From: Longivirga aurantiaca
GTDB taxonomy: Bacteria > Actinomycetota > Actinomycetes > S36-B12 > CAIYMF01
DNA length: 5,882 nt
Assembly: GCF_042660085.1 (NCBI RefSeq)
Contig: NZ_JBHSTI010000063.1
Span: 1 to 5,882, forward strand
Direction: 5' to 3'
The notes below the pieces were generated by a model. It had not been told where the DNA came from. It ran no database searches and was given only the letters and a program-made list of their open reading frames with translations. The translations under genes and the position numbers were made by a program. Below are positions 1 to 5,596 of the stretch, piece by piece. How positions within the stretch are numbered: the first letter of the stretch is position 1; each line of letters starts with the position of its first letter.

Positions 1-482
1 GGGCCTCGGTCGTGCGGTCGGCGTCCGACCTGCCCGGCGCGATGATGGCGTCGTTCGCGTACGGCGACACCGCGCTCATCGAGCGGTTCGTCACCGGCAC
101 CGAGGTGGCGGTCTCGGTGGTCGACGACGGCAGCGGCCCCCGCGCCCTCCCCGTGGTGGAGATCGTGCCGGACGGCGGCTTCTACGACTACGGCGCGCGC
201 TACACCGCCGGGGCGACCGAGTTCTTCGTGCCCGCGCGGCTCTCGGACGACGTGCTCGCCGCCTGCGCCGACGCGGCGACCACGGTGCACACCACCCTCG
301 GGCTGCGGCACTGGTCGCGCGTCGACCTGATCGTCGACTCCGAGGGCACGCCGTGGTTCCTGGAGGTGAACGTCGCCCCCGGCATGACCGAGACCTCGAC
401 GTACCCCCAGGCCGTGGCGGCAGCCGGCCTCGACCTCGGCGAGCTGGTGGCCGGTCTCGTGAAGCAGGCGGTCGAGGGCTGA
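1..482 (+). CDS. ddl: D-alanine--D-alanine ligase, C-terminal part (gene start lies off the left edge; reading frame is that of position 3)
   Basis: The frame is open from the window edge to TGA at 480-482. FYDYGARYTAGATEFFVPARL and WSRVDLIVDSEGTPWFLEVNVAPGMTETSTYPQAVAAAGLDLGELV align, from memory, with E. coli DdlB [21 protein letters not shown] and [46 protein letters not shown] (ATP-grasp C-terminal domain). The GTG at 12 is internal, not the start. Confidence 0.88.
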   Translation, partial: ASVVRSASDLPGAMMASFAYGDTALIERFVTGTEVAVSVVDDGSGPRALPVVEIVPDGGFYDYGARYTAGATEFFVPARLSDDVLAACADAATTVHTTLGLRHWSRVDLIVDSEGTPWFLEVNVAPGMTETSTYPQAVAAAGLDLGELVAGLVKQAVEG

Positions 483-484
483 TT

Positions 485-506
485 CCCCTTGCGCTTCTAG
501 GGGTTT
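485..506 (+). terminator. Weak candidate hairpin terminator in the 33-bp convergent ddl/parB gap
   Basis: CCCCT (485-489) pairs with AGGGG (499-503) around a 9-nt loop, followed by TTT (504-506) on the plus strand. The stem is only 5 bp and the T-tract is short. On the minus strand there is no U-tract. Confidence 0.2.
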
Positions 507-515
507 CGGCGGTAA

Positions 516-1553
516 CTAGCCGCGGTCGATGATGTCGACGATGCGGCGGAGGTCGTCGAGGGTCGCGAACTCGATCGACACCTTGCCCTTGCTCTTGCCG
601 GCCTCGACCTTCACCCGGGTCTCGAGGCGGTCCGACAGCCGGCTCGCGATGTCGTCCAGGCCCGGCATCGACGGCGTGCGCGGGCGCGAGACGCGCACCC
701 GCTCGCGGCCGTCGGCCTCGCCGACCGCCACGATCTCCTCGACCGAGCGCACCGACAGGCCCTCGGCCACGATGCGGGTGGCGAGGCGGTCCATGGCGTC
801 GGTGTCGTCGAGGGCCAGCAGGGCGCGGGCGTGGCCGGCCGAGAGGACACCCGCGGCGACGCGGCGCTGCACGGGTGCGGGCAGGCGCAGCAGGCGCAGC
901 GTGTTGCTCACCTGCGGACGGCTGCGGCCGATGCGGGCGGCGAGCTCCTCCTGCGTGCAGCCGAAGTCGTCGAGCAGCTGCTGGTAGGCCGCGGCCTCCT
1001 CGAGCGCGTTGAGCTGGGCGCGGTGGAGGTTCTCGAGCAGGGCGTCGCGCAGGAGCACGTCGTCCGCGGTCTCGCGGATGATCGCCGGGATGCGCTCGAG
1101 GCCGGCGAGGCGGCTCGCGCGCCAGCGGCGCTCGCCCGCCACGAGCTCGAACGGCACGGCCGAGTCGGGGCCGGCCGGGCGGACGACGACCGGCTGCAGC
1201 AGGCCGATCTCCTTGATCGAGAAGACGAGCTCGGAGAGCGCCTCCTCCTCGAACACCTCGCGCGGCTGGCGCGGGTTGGGCGTGATGTCGTCGAGCGGGA
1301 TCTCGGCGTACCGGACCCCCGCGACGTCCTGCAGCGAGGAGTCGTCCGCCGGCACGGGGGCGGCGGAGAAGAAGGCGTCGACCGGGTGCGGGTCGGTGGC
1401 GTTGGCGGCCACCTGCACGGCGGGCACGGGCGGGGCGTCGCGCGAGCCGGTGAGGTCGGCGGCGTCGGTGCCCTCGGGCGATCCTGCCTCCGGCTTGGGC
1501 GCGCTGGGGATGAGCGCCCCGAGCCCACGACCGAGCCCACGTCGCTGGTTCAC
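516..1553 (-). CDS. parB: Chromosome partitioning protein ParB (parS-binding CTPase), 345 aa from the preferred start
   Basis: N-terminal [13 protein letters not shown] peptide; GERRWRA arginine patch of the ParB/Srx CTP-binding fold; [28 protein letters not shown]; C-terminal dimerisation segment [22 protein letters not shown]. Stop TAG at 516-518. The preferred start is GTG at 1553, which has GGGAG (1565-1561) 7 nt upstream and gives [12 protein letters not shown], like other actinobacterial ParB N-termini. The maximal ORF start, GTG at 1607, has no visible SD. Confidence 0.93.
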   Translation of the reverse strand: MNQRRGLGRGLGALIPSAPKPEAGSPEGTDAADLTGSRDAPPVPAVQVAANATDPHPVDAFFSAAPVPADDSSLQDVAGVRYAEIPLDDITPNPRQPREVFEEEALSELVFSIKEIGLLQPVVVRPAGPDSAVPFELVAGERRWRASRLAGLERIPAIIRETADDVLLRDALLENLHRAQLNALEEAAAYQQLLDDFGCTQEELAARIGRSRPQVSNTLRLLRLPAPVQRRVAAGVLSAGHARALLALDDTDAMDRLATRIVAEGLSVRSVEEIVAVGEADGRERVRVSRPRTPSMPGLDDIASRLSDRLETRVKVEAGKSKGKVSIEFATLDDLRRIVDIIDRG

Positions 1554-1560
1554 CCTGCCG

Positions 1561-1565
1561 CTCCC
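1561..1565 (-). promoter_or_regulatory. Shine-Dalgarno for parB
   Basis: The minus strand reads AGGAAGGGAGcggcaggGTG. The GGGAG core lies 7 nt from the GTG at 1553. Confidence 0.6.
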
Positions 1566-1649
1566 TTCCTCGCCGTGCCTCCGGTGCGTGACCCTACCTG
1601 CCGACACCGACCGCGCCCGCGCTGCGGGTGGTCGGCCGCTGCTGCGGTG

Positions 1650-2678
1650 CTATCTGGCTTCAGGCGCCGCAGAAGCTGGTGCTGGGGACCCGTACCCGCC
1701 TCCAGGCAGCACCTGGCGGGCCAGTTCGCGAGCCGCCTCGAGGTAGGAGAGCGCCCCGCTGCTGCCCGGGTCGTAGGTCATGACCGTCTGCCCGTACGAC
1801 GGCGCCTCGGACACGCGCACCGAGCGCGGGATGGCCGTGCGCAGGACGCGCTCGCCGAAGTGGCTGCGCACCTCCTCGGCCACCTGGGCGGCCAGGCGGG
1901 TGCGGGCGTCGTACATCGTGAGCAGGATCGTCGAGACGTGCAGCGTGGGGTTGAGCTCCTCGGTGACGAGGCCGACCGTGCGCAGCAGCTGGCCCAGGCC
2001 CTCGAGCGCGTAGTACTCGCACTGGATGGGGATCAGCACCTCGTCGGCGCAGACGAGCGCGTTGAGGGTGAGCAGGCCGAGGCTGGGCGGGCAGTCGATG
2101 AGCACGTAGTCGAGCCGGCCGTGCGCCTGCTCGTGCACCCCGATGTACGCCGCGACTGCCTTGCGCAGCTTGTGCTCGCGGGCCACGGACGACACGAGCT
2201 CGATCTCGGCGCCGGCGAGGTCGAGGGTGGCTGGAGCGCACCAGAGGCCGTCGTGGTCGACGACAGGCACGACCACCTCGACGAGGGGGCGGCCCTCGAT
2301 GAGCACGTCATAGATGCTCGGGATCTCGGCGTGGTGCTCGACCGACAGCGCGGTGGACGCGTTGCCCTGGGGGTCGAGGTCGATCACGAGCACCTCGAGG
2401 CCCTGCAGGGCGAGGGCTGCCGCCAGGTTGACCGTGGACGTCGTCTTGCCGACGCCGCCCTTCTGGTTGGCCACGGTGAGCACGCGCGGGCGCGGCGGCT
2501 TGGGGAGGTCCTCGCCGAACCTGCGGTGCTTCACGGCCACGGCCACCTCGGCCGCCCGGGCGAGCGGGGTGTCGAAGATGGATTCCTCGGCGTCGGCGGG
2601 CGTCTGCACCTCAGCCTCAGCCTGGGGCTCGACCGAACCCTCGACCTCGGCCGTCGCGAGGGGCTGCTCGGTGCTCAT
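1650..2678 (-). CDS. parA: Chromosome partitioning ATPase ParA/Soj (deviant Walker A P-loop ATPase), 342 aa from the preferred start
   Basis: RVLTVANQKGGVGKTTSTVNLAAALA (deviant Walker A KGGxGKT), VLVIDLDPQGNAS (Walker A'), YVLIDCPPSLGLLTLNAL (Walker B region), IPRSVRVSEAPSYGQTV. Stop TAG at 1650-1652. The preferred start is ATG at 2678, which has GGAAGGAGGGG upstream with the GGAGG core 7 nt away. The 39 extra codons of the maximal ORF (to 2795) would translate that SD as PEGGAR and are Pro/Arg/His-rich junk. Confidence 0.93.
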   Translation of the reverse strand: MSTEQPLATAEVEGSVEPQAEAEVQTPADAEESIFDTPLARAAEVAVAVKHRRFGEDLPKPPRPRVLTVANQKGGVGKTTSTVNLAAALALQGLEVLVIDLDPQGNASTALSVEHHAEIPSIYDVLIEGRPLVEVVVPVVDHDGLWCAPATLDLAGAEIELVSSVAREHKLRKAVAAYIGVHEQAHGRLDYVLIDCPPSLGLLTLNALVCADEVLIPIQCEYYALEGLGQLLRTVGLVTEELNPTLHVSTILLTMYDARTRLAAQVAEEVRSHFGERVLRTAIPRSVRVSEAPSYGQTVMTYDPGSSGALSYLEAARELARQVLPGGGYGSPAPASAAPEAR

Positions 2679-2685
2679 GCGGGCC

Positions 2686-2690
2686 CCTCC
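2686..2690 (-). promoter_or_regulatory. Shine-Dalgarno for parA
   Basis: The minus strand reads cccGGAAGGAGGggcccgcATG. This is the strongest SD in the window, 7 nt from the ATG at 2678. Confidence 0.7.
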
Positions 2691-2805
2691 TTCCGGGTGT
2701 CGGTGTCGGTCGTGCGATCCGCAGTCTGGTGGGGAGCGGGGTCCGGGGGCCAACCCAGGCCGCTGGGGCTCGTGCGCGGGGCGGCCAGCGGCCACCCGAG
2801 CCCGG

Positions 2806-2829
2806 GCGCCGCACCGGTCGGTGCTGCGC
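2806..2829 (-). terminator. GC-rich inverted repeat 15 nt downstream of the rsmG stop; possible tail-less terminator or attenuator
   Basis: GCGCCGCACCGGTCGGTGCTGCGC pairs 2806-2816 with 2819-2829: 10 Watson-Crick pairs and one mismatch (2810/2825). No U-tract follows on the minus strand, so this is not a canonical intrinsic terminator. Confidence 0.25.
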
Positions 2830-2844
2830 TGCTGGAGGGCGTGC

Positions 2845-3531
2845 TCATCGCGATCCCTTCCGCCGTCCGGCGGTCATCCGGACCACCCGCACCACGGTGG
2901 TGGGCGGGTCGACCACGCCGGCGCCGCAGGTGAGCACTTCGGCATTGCCGCCGCCCACCTTCTCCAGCGCCACCAGGGAGGCTGCGACCTCCTCGGCCGC
3001 CCCCTCCCCCTTGAGCGCCAGCAGGACTCCCCCTGCCCGGGCGTGCGGGAGGGTCCAGCCGGCGAGCCGATCCAGGGGCGCCACCGCACGGGCGGTGACG
3101 ACATCGACCGACAGGCTGACGTCCTCGGCGCGGCCGCGCAGCACCTCCACCCGGCCGGCGAGGCCGAGAGCCTCGACCGCCTCGGAGAGGAACGTCGCGC
3201 GCCGCAGGAGCGGCTCGACGAGCACCACGGAGAGGTCCGGGCGCACCAGCGCGAGCGGGAGGCCGGGCAGGCCTGCCCCCGACCCGACGTCGGCCACGCT
3301 CGATCCCTGGGGCACGAGCTCCTCGAGCACCGCGCAGTTCGCCACGTGCCGGCTCCACAGCCGCGCGGTCTCGCGCGGGCCGATGAGGCCGCGCACCACG
3401 CCGTCACCGGCGAGGAGGTCGGCGTACGCCGCCAGCCCCGCGGCCGCAGCCGGGTAGCGCTCCGCCAGCCGGGCCTGCACCTCACGGTCGGCCGGCTCAC
3501 GGGAGTCCTCCCCCGGATGCACGTCGGTCAC
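2845..3531 (-). CDS. rsmG: 16S rRNA (guanine527-N7)-methyltransferase RsmG/GidB, 228 aa
   Basis: GVVRGLIGPRETARLWSRHVANCAVL is the typical GidB N-terminal block. VADVGSGAGLPGLPLA is the SAM-binding glycine-rich motif. VVLVEPLLRRATFL and VTARAVAPL are also present. GTG start at 3531, TGA stop at 2845-2847. The position between jag and parA is the conserved synteny. Confidence 0.9.
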   Translation of the reverse strand: MTDVHPGEDSREPADREVQARLAERYPAAAAGLAAYADLLAGDGVVRGLIGPRETARLWSRHVANCAVLEELVPQGSSVADVGSGAGLPGLPLALVRPDLSVVLVEPLLRRATFLSEAVEALGLAGRVEVLRGRAEDVSLSVDVVTARAVAPLDRLAGWTLPHARAGGVLLALKGEGAAEEVAASLVALEKVGGGNAEVLTCGAGVVDPPTTVVRVVRMTAGRRKGSR

Positions 3532-3547
3532 GGTGTCGTCGGCCTGC

Positions 3548-4060
3548 TCAGGCCGACGGCAGGACGACGACGTAGCGGTGGGGCTCGACGCCCTCGGACT
3601 CGCTGGTGAGGCCCGCGGCGGCGACAGCGTCGTGGACGACCTTGCGCTCGAAGGGGCTCATCGGCTCGAGGCGCACGGCCTCGCCGCTCTCCTTCGCACG
3701 GGCGGACGCCTCGCTGCCGAGCGCGGTGAGCTGCTCGCGGCGGGCAGCGCGGTGGCCGGCCACGTCGAGCATGAGGCGCGAGCGCTCGCCGGTCTCGCGG
3801 GTGACCGCGAGGCGGGTGAGCTCCTGGAGGGCATCGAGGACCTTGCCGTCCTGGCCGACGAGGTGCTCGATGTCGCCCCCGACGATGCTCACGAGGGCAC
3901 GGTCGCCCTCGACGTCCATGTCGATGTCGCCGTCGAGATCGGCGATGTCGAGCAGGCCCTCGAGGTAGTCGGCGGCGATGTCACCCTCGCGCTCGAGGGC
4001 GTTGGCCTTTGTTTCACGGGAAACGGGGGCCTCGGTGGTGGTGTCGGTCGTGTCGCTCAT
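3548..4060 (-). CDS. jag: Jag/KhpB-type RNA-binding protein (KH + R3H domains), 170 aa from the preferred start
   Basis: KH-like segment with a GxxG loop (EHLVGQDGKVLDALQELTRLAV). C-terminal R3H motif in LEPMSPFERKVVHDAVAAAGLTSESEGVEPHRYVVVLP (R-KVV-H). The position after yidC is the conserved synteny. TGA stop at 3548-3550. The preferred start is ATG at 4060. The maximal ORF start, GTG at 4117, adds MRPAPDRPVPRAPEPERRL, which looks like translated spacer. Confidence 0.82.
   Translation of the reverse strand: MSDTTDTTTEAPVSRETKANALEREGDIAADYLEGLLDIADLDGDIDMDVEGDRALVSIVGGDIEHLVGQDGKVLDALQELTRLAVTRETGERSRLMLDVAGHRAARREQLTALGSEASARAKESGEAVRLEPMSPFERKVVHDAVAAAGLTSESEGVEPHRYVVVLPSA
4010..4024. 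promoter_or_regulatory. parS: parS-like ParB loading site 1 (inside jag codons 13-17)
   Basis: TGTTTCACGGGAAAC. As a 16-mer (4010-4025) it matches the canonical TGTTNCACGTGAAACA at 14 of 16 positions. On the minus strand it is read as GTT TCC CGT GAA ACA = V-S-R-E-T of Jag. Confidence 0.7.
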
Positions 4061-4079
4061 GAGTCGTCTTTCTGGCTCG

Positions 4080-4118
4080 GGTGCCCGGGGCACCGGACGA
4101 TCAGGTGCGGGGCGCACC
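4080..4118 (-). other. Pair of similar short GC hairpins in the jag leader
   Basis: GGTGCC-cgg-GGCACC (4080-4094) and GGTGCG-ggg-CGCACC (4104-4118). Each has a 6-bp stem and a 3-nt loop, they share GGTGC/GCACC arms, and they are 9 nt apart. Neither has a U-tract. Confidence 0.35.
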
Positions 4119-4129
4119 TCGGGTTCGGG

Positions 4130-4144
4130 TGTTTCACGGGAAAC
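4130..4144. promoter_or_regulatory. parS: parS-like ParB loading site 2 (yidC-jag spacer)
   Basis: An exact second copy of TGTTTCACGGGAAAC, in the same orientation as site 1. Confidence 0.7.
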
Positions 4145-4170
4145 CTGGAGACGCAGCCCTCAGGGCGGCG

Positions 4171-4185
4171 TGTTTCACGGGAAAC
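4171..4185. promoter_or_regulatory. parS: parS-like ParB loading site 3 (2 nt downstream of the yidC stop codon)
   Basis: An exact third copy of TGTTTCACGGGAAAC in the same orientation. It shares a 17-mer with site 1 (TGTTTCACGGGAAACGG). Confidence 0.7.
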
Positions 4186-4187
4186 GG

Positions 4188-5201
4188 TCAGGCGGTCGGT
4201 TCTGGCTCAGGCGTGCCGGGCTCGCGCGGGGTGTCGCCCGTGCTCGACTGGCCCTGCTGCCCCGGCTGGCCGGCCTGCCCTGGCTGCTTCTTCTGCCGGG
4301 TGCTGCGGGTCTGCTTCTTGGGCTGCTGGCGCGGAGCGGGGGGAGCGACGGTCGGGGGCGGCGGGGCCTCGGGGTCGACGCCGCCGTTCTTCTTGGCGCG
4401 CTTGGCCGCCTCGCGCCTCTCCCAGGCCTCGTACGCCGGGGTGTCGGGCTGCGGGTTGTTGCGGATCACGTAGAACTGCTGGCCCATCGACCACAGGTTC
4501 GTGGTGAGCCAGTAGATGAGGACGCCGACGGGGAAGTTGATGCCCGTGACGGCGAAGATCACCGGGAAGACGTACAGCAGGATCTTCTGCTGCTGCACCA
4601 TCGGGTTGTCCTTGGCGCTGTTCTTCACGATCAGCTGGCGCTGGGTGAGGAACGTCGTGATCGTCATGAGGATGATGAGGACCGCGGTCAGGATGCGCGT
4701 CGCGGTCGGGTTGGGCGTCTCGTCCGCACCCATGAAATAGGCGTAGATGGGGACGCCGAAGAGCTCGGCGTTCTGCGCCTGCTCCACGAGCTCAGGGGTG
4801 AGCACACCCTTGGCCTGGCCCATGGCGATGCCCTGCAGCACCTGGAACAGCGCGAAGAAGATGGGCGCCTGGGCCAGGATCGGCAGGCACGACGACAGCG
4901 GGTTGGTGCCCGTGTCCTTGTAGAGCGCCATCATCTCCTGGCTCTGGCGCTCGCGGTCGCCCGCGTACTTGGCCTGGATCTCCTTGATCTTCGGCTGCAG
5001 CAGCTGCATGTTGCGCTGGCTCTTGATCTGCCGGACGAACAGCGGGATCAGGAGGATGCGGATCACGATCACGAGGCCGACGATCGCGAAGGCCCAGGCC
5101 CAGCCCGAGCTCTCACCGAAGATCAGGCCCGTGACCTTGTGGAACTGGACGAGGACCCAGCTGACGGCGTACTCGAGCCAGTTGAGGGGATTCCAGTTCA
5201 C
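4188..5201 (-). CDS. yidC: Membrane protein insertase YidC (short, Gram-positive/actinobacterial type), 337 aa
   Basis: Core Oxa1/YidC blocks: [35 protein letters not shown] (TM plus the amphipathic KxxxLQPxxxxxQxKY region), [30 protein letters not shown] and [23 protein letters not shown] start at 5201 with GGAG 6 nt upstream. TGA stop at 4188-4190. Confidence 0.95.
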   Translation of the reverse strand: MNWNPLNWLEYAVSWVLVQFHKVTGLIFGESSGWAWAFAIVGLVIVIRILLIPLFVRQIKSQRNMQLLQPKIKEIQAKYAGDRERQSQEMMALYKDTGTNPLSSCLPILAQAPIFFALFQVLQGIAMGQAKGVLTPELVEQAQNAELFGVPIYAYFMGADETPNPTATRILTAVLIILMTITTFLTQRQLIVKNSAKDNPMVQQQKILLYVFPVIFAVTGINFPVGVLIYWLTTNLWSMGQQFYVIRNNPQPDTPAYEAWERREAAKRAKKNGGVDPEAPPPPTVAPPAPRQQPKKQTRSTRQKKQPGQAGQPGQQGQSSTGDTPREPGTPEPEPTA

Positions 5202-5596
5202 GCGGCACTCCGGTCGGTGGTGGGGTCGCCAGGCGTGCCGGCGCTAGGGGGGTTCGGGGGAGCGATCTCGCTCGGAAGGTCGTCCCGGCTGGTGAGCGGG
5301 ACGTAGGGCTCGGGCTTCCAGGCGCCCTTCGCGGGAACGTGGTCGACGCCGCCGGGGTTCCACGGGTGGCAGCGGCAGAGCCGGGAGGTCGCGAGCACCG
5401 TGCCCTTGGTGGCACCGTGCACCCGGATCGCCTCGAGGGCGTACGACGAGCACGAGGGGTAGAACCGGCAGCGCTGCCCGAGCATCGGGCTGATGAGACG
5501 TCGGTAGCCGACGATCAGACCGGTGAGCAGCAGGCCGAGGGCCCGGCCGACGGTCGCGCCGAGGAACCGGCGTACCGCAGAGACGGCAGCGGTCAT
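5198..5596 (-). CDS. yidD: Membrane protein insertion efficiency factor YidD, 132 aa
   Basis: [58 protein letters not shown] matches the YidD/DUF37 signature (compare E. coli [31 protein letters not shown]...KCHPLHPGGDDPVP). The ATG at 5596 overlaps the rnpA stop (ATGA). The TGA at 5198-5200 overlaps the yidC start (GTGA). Confidence 0.9.
   Translation of the reverse strand: MTAAVSAVRRFLGATVGRALGLLLTGLIVGYRRLISPMLGQRCRFYPSCSSYALEAIRVHGATKGTVLATSRLCRCHPWNPGGVDHVPAKGAWKPEPYVPLTSRDDLPSEIAPPNPPSAGTPGDPTTDRSAA

Noticed and set aside
1320-1508. Long Pro/Ala/Asp-rich linker in ParB between the N-terminal [12 protein letters not shown] peptide and the CTPase domain
   Set aside because: A variable-length disordered linker at this position is ordinary for actinobacterial ParB proteins, and nothing in it looks like an inserted domain.
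908-2241. Same-strand alternative-frame ORFs (908-1540, 210 aa; 1660-2241, 193 aa) nested in parB and parA
   Set aside because: The products are extremely Arg/Pro/Ser/Thr-rich, typical of a +1/-1 frame of a GC-rich gene. They have no SD and no motif. Overlapping-gene claims would need conservation evidence I cannot obtain here.
2703-2714. Exact 12-mer GTGTCGGTCGTG shared between 2703-2714 (parA leader) and 4041-4052 (jag codons 4-7); also the 10-mer GGGCCTCGGT at 1-10 and 4027-4036
   Set aside because: About one chance 12-mer match is expected in a window this size even for unbiased sequence, and more with this GC skew. The contexts differ (non-coding versus coding) and there is no dyad symmetry.
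2617-2814. 65-aa minus-strand ORF across the rsmG-parA spacer and the parA start
   Set aside because: It overlaps the parA SD and start in another frame. The product is Arg/Pro/Gly junk with no start context.
831-2933. 700-aa plus-strand ORF spanning the antisense of both parB and parA
   Set aside because: This is a shadow ORF. Its first codon position coincides with the third (G/C-saturated) position of the minus-strand genes, so stop codons are simply absent. parA and parB happen to share one frame, which lets it run through both. The translation is Arg/Gly/Ala/His/Leu-rich with no recognisable motif, while the opposite strand carries unmistakable ParA and ParB motifs.
3343-3348. CACGTG core inside rsmG as a possible canonical parS
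   Set aside because: The flanks (ttcgcCACGTGccggc) do not match the TGTTT/AAACA arms, so only the 6-bp core matches.
2314-3609. 431-aa plus-strand ORF antisense to parA, rsmG and the jag 3' end
   Set aside because: Same shadow-ORF reasoning. The product is low-complexity and Arg/Gly/Pro-rich with no domain signature, and it runs straight across the rsmG-parA spacer.
4010-4185. Could the three 15-bp repeats be a mini-CRISPR array or a MITE?
   Set aside because: The repeat is too short. The spacers are unequal (105 and 26 bp), and one spacer holds the jag start and its first 12 codons. There is no cas gene, no terminal inverted repeats and no target-site duplication. The near-match to parS next to parAB is the simpler explanation.
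3533-5306. 324-aa (3533-4507) and 442-aa (3978-5306) plus-strand ORFs antisense to jag and yidC, plus the smaller plus-strand ORFs at 4081-4473, 4516-4740 and 4969-5247
   Set aside because: They are antisense to genes with strong family signatures. Their composition is typical of out-of-frame high-GC translation, and they cross the parS/hairpin spacer without any start context.
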